64,000 nt of DNA from Azolla caroliniana (taxonomy: Eukaryota; Plantae; Polypodiophyta), in the NCBI GenBank assembly GCA_043228905.1, contig JBHGNT010000017.1:15314001-15378000 (forward strand). Reading direction: 5' to 3'. Position numbers and translations under genes: made by a program. The notes under the pieces were generated by a model. The model worked only from the letters and a program-made list of their open reading frames with translations, was not told the DNA's origin and searched no databases. Of the stretch, positions 61,235 to 64,000 are shown piece by piece. Within the stretch, counting starts at the first letter, position 1. Every line of letters begins with the position of its first letter.

Positions 61235-62697
61235 TGTCGCGAAAATACGACGAGGATACGTGAACGTTGAGGCAGGACCCCGGGGCCTCTGACTAGAGGA
61301 TAATCACATTTGTGCGTTTATATTTTTAACAAGTAACAGAAAGAAGAAATTTAATAATTTTCATTAACAAAGGAAAAAGAAATTACAATATGTCCCAAGA
61401 TTTGGATTTAGAAGTTTTAGGTTTACTAAGATTAATAGAAAAGAAAAATTAGGGGTTTTGAGAGATATGGCTTCCGTAGGGAAGAAGACGGTTTTTGAGT
61501 GTTATGGCTTCCCTAAGATAAGAGAGTTGAGGACAGGAAAATTAAGATAATATGGAAAGTGCCTCCTCGTGTAGGAAAACAAAAAAATGGAATAAATATG
61601 GAGTTCTCCCTTGATAATAGCCTTTCCACTTTTTGTTGCATGGCCTCTACTTTTAGTTGCCTAGCTTTTTCTTTTGGTTGCATGCAACTGTCCACATGAC
61701 CTTTACTTTTTCCATGCACTCCCTTCTTTAGTTGCTTGCGTCCACATGGCCTTTACTTTAGTTTGTTGCATGATCCAATCTTTCGTCCATCCGCGTCCAA
61801 CCTCGTCCGGTAGCCGGTTCCATTTTGCTTGCCGGCCGGTTCCGATCACGGTTTTGCTTGCTGGCCGATTCCATTTTGCTTGCCGGTTGGTTCCGGTTCC
61901 GATTTTGCTTGCCGGCCGGTTCCGGTTTTCTTGCCGGTTCCGGTTCCGGTTTTGCTTGCCGGCCAATTCCGATTTTGCTTACTGGCCGGTTTCCGGTTTT
62001 GCTTGCCGGTTGGTTCAGGTTTTGCTTACTGGCCGATTTCCGGTTTGCATACCCGTTCCGGTTCCGGTTTTGCTTACCGGCCGATTTCCGGTTTGCATAC
62101 CCGTTCCGGTTCCAGTTTGCTTGCCGGCCGGTTCCGGTTTTGCTTACCGGCCGGTTTCCAGTTTTGCTTACCGGCCGATTTCCGGTTTGCATACCCGTTC
62201 CGGTTCCAGTTTGCATACCCGTTCCAATTCCGGTTTTGCTTGCCGGCCGGTTCCGGTTCCGGTTTGCTTGCCGACTGGTTCCGGTATTGCATACCGACCG
62301 ATTTCCGGATTGCATACCGACCGGTTTCCGGATTTGCTTACCAGACCCGTTTTCCAGATTTGCTTACCGGCCGGTTTCCAGTTTTAGGGAATTTGGCCAC
62401 AATCATCCATCAAGACAAAGTGGCCAAAGTGCTCTTAGCACAAATGAAAAATGAGGGAGCTCAAGGTGTTTATATAGCTAGGGCCTTAAGTTTCCTATCT
62501 ATGTGGGATAGTTCTAATTTTCCTATCTTCTCAAACTTTATTTTCACATAACTTGATATGTATTTCTCCACTTTGTATATAGTAAAATACGTTTTGAAGC
62601 TCTTGAGTATATCCATCTTTCTATATTAAGATACTTATCTAATCTATAATAATTATTTCATTATTTTTTTACATAGTGTGTGAAGATTCACACGACA
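61235..62697 (-). repeat. Solo LTR (1463 bp) of the Trp-primed family in copia RT
   Basis: TGTCG..CGACA ends; perfect 4-bp TSD CCGG; U5 motif GGACCCCGGGGCCTCTGACTAG resembles LTR B. Confidence 0.85.
61810..62385. repeat. Degenerate CCGGTT/TTGCTT minisatellite within the solo LTR
   Basis: Many TTCCGG and TTTTGCTT units. Confidence 0.9.
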
Positions 62698-63796
62698 CCG
62701 GACCCCCAATGGCATACTGCTCTCAAAAAGACATTATGTGCTAAATATGTTGTACAAGTTCGGCATGACAACATGCCAACCAACCTCCACACCCCTGGAC
62801 CGGATCCTGAAGCTACGTCTCGACTCCGGCCCGGCCTGTGAAGAGAAACGGTTCCGACAAATTGTCAGAAGCCTCATATACTTGACAATCACTCGACCCG
62901 ACATCAGTTACCCGGTCAAAGTGATCAGGCAGTTCATGCAGAAGCCGACCGTCGAGCACCTTCAATGCGCACATAGGATACTCTTGTATTCCATGCTCGG
63001 ACAAAGCACATAGAAGTGCATTATCACTTTGTTCGTAAGCGGGTAAGTTGAACTTCAGTATGTTCACTCAAATCAACAGGTTTCCAACATCTTCACCAAG
63101 CTACTCGGATCAGACAAGTTGCAACATTTTTTGGAGATGCTCGGCATTCAACATCTCGATGTGCCACGCTTGAGGGGGAAAATAGGAACGGGAACGGATA
63201 GCACCGAACAAGGAGCCGGAGAGGAAGAAAGAACCAAGGGGGAAGATGAGTAGATAAGGGAAGCCGAGCTGACCGAAGGAATCGGCACATCCGAACAAGT
63301 CAGAGAAAATGGTTGCGACGGCAGAGTCAAGAAGGACAGAGCCGACCGGAAGAAGGCCAAGACCCGGACGTGGTCCAATGTGGTGAACGGCCTATAAACG
63401 GAAGACGAATTGGAGACTACCAACTCGGACAAGAGCTGGAACGAATCAGAGGAAATTGATTTAGTTCAAGATTTGGAGAAGCCAGAACAACTAAAGGCCA
63501 AGCAGACGAGAAGTCAGCGAAAGTCGACACCAACACGAAGGAACCGATGGATCAACAAACGCCAAAATCATAGCAACGAAGGAGCTGAAATAGGTCTGTT
63601 GAGTAGACAAGCCGATCCGACCTCAAGTTGAGCTTGAGCGGGAGTGTTGAGCGAGCAAGCTCAACCAGATCTGGATCGATATCCGGAATGGAGAACCGGA
63701 TCGGTGTCCAAATGATATCCGGAACCAGGAGCCGGATCGAAGACCTGGATCGGATTGAAACTGGTAGGCCGTTAGAGGCCTACGGATCCATCCTAG

Positions 63797-64000
63797 TGTT
63801 AGGAAACAGGTCCCTCCGGATGGGAAGTTGAGAAGAACCGTGTTGATGAGCAACTCGGCCGAGGCCGATAGGCAACCCGGAAGGCTAAACTTGTAAATAG
63901 TCGAAAGGTTACATTAGTATATAAGCACTTAGGGAAATCATGTTAGGGGTGTGCGTTATTGTAAAGTTACTGTTGACGAGGTTGTTGCCTCCGTAACTGT
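63797..64000 (+). repeat. LTR start of the 5510/47027 copia family, inserted in the 3' LTR; runs off window
   Basis: TGTTAGGAAACAGGTCCCTCCGGATGGGAAG. Confidence 0.88.

Larger units (their letters stand above)
57611..63796 (+). mobile_element. Degenerate Ty1/copia related to 51782-57426; 5' LTR 57611-58047, 3' LTR from 63645 (interrupted)
   Basis: PBS TGGTATCAAAGC at 58048; gag, WYVDSG, HSDVWGP, RT fragments; several internal deletions. Confidence 0.9.

Noticed and set aside
61674-62551. Overlapping 185-240 aa ORFs
   Set aside because: Translations of a stop-poor minisatellite

Overview
This is a eukaryotic, gene-free pile of nested LTR retrotransposons. It is most likely from a non-seed land plant (fern, lycophyte or bryophyte), inferred from the Tcn1-like, Phygy-like and Selgy-like gypsy types and plant tRNA primer sites. 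I resolved about 7 Ty1/copia elements or fragments, 3 non-chromovirus gypsy elements with a 3' accessory coiled-coil ORF, 1 self-priming chromovirus, several tRNA-Trp-primed gypsy elements or solo LTRs, a LINE fragment and a putative hAT-type MITE. Many have readable TG..CA ends and target-site duplications (TSDs). I found no host genes, RNA genes or CRISPR. The standout is a young 12.2-kb insertion (21127-33285) with one 4-bp TSD. It is a tail-to-tail dimer of two different tRNA-Trp-primed gypsy elements with reciprocally swapped LTRs (A-int1-B / B-int2-A), joined by a 12-bp junction made of unprocessed cDNA ends carrying tRNA-primer remnants. The gag-pol-bearing partner has a -1 frameshift signal after the protease, and the family appears to target CpG-centred 4-bp sites. 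Lineage names are inferred from motifs, not database searches, and coordinates were hand-counted.
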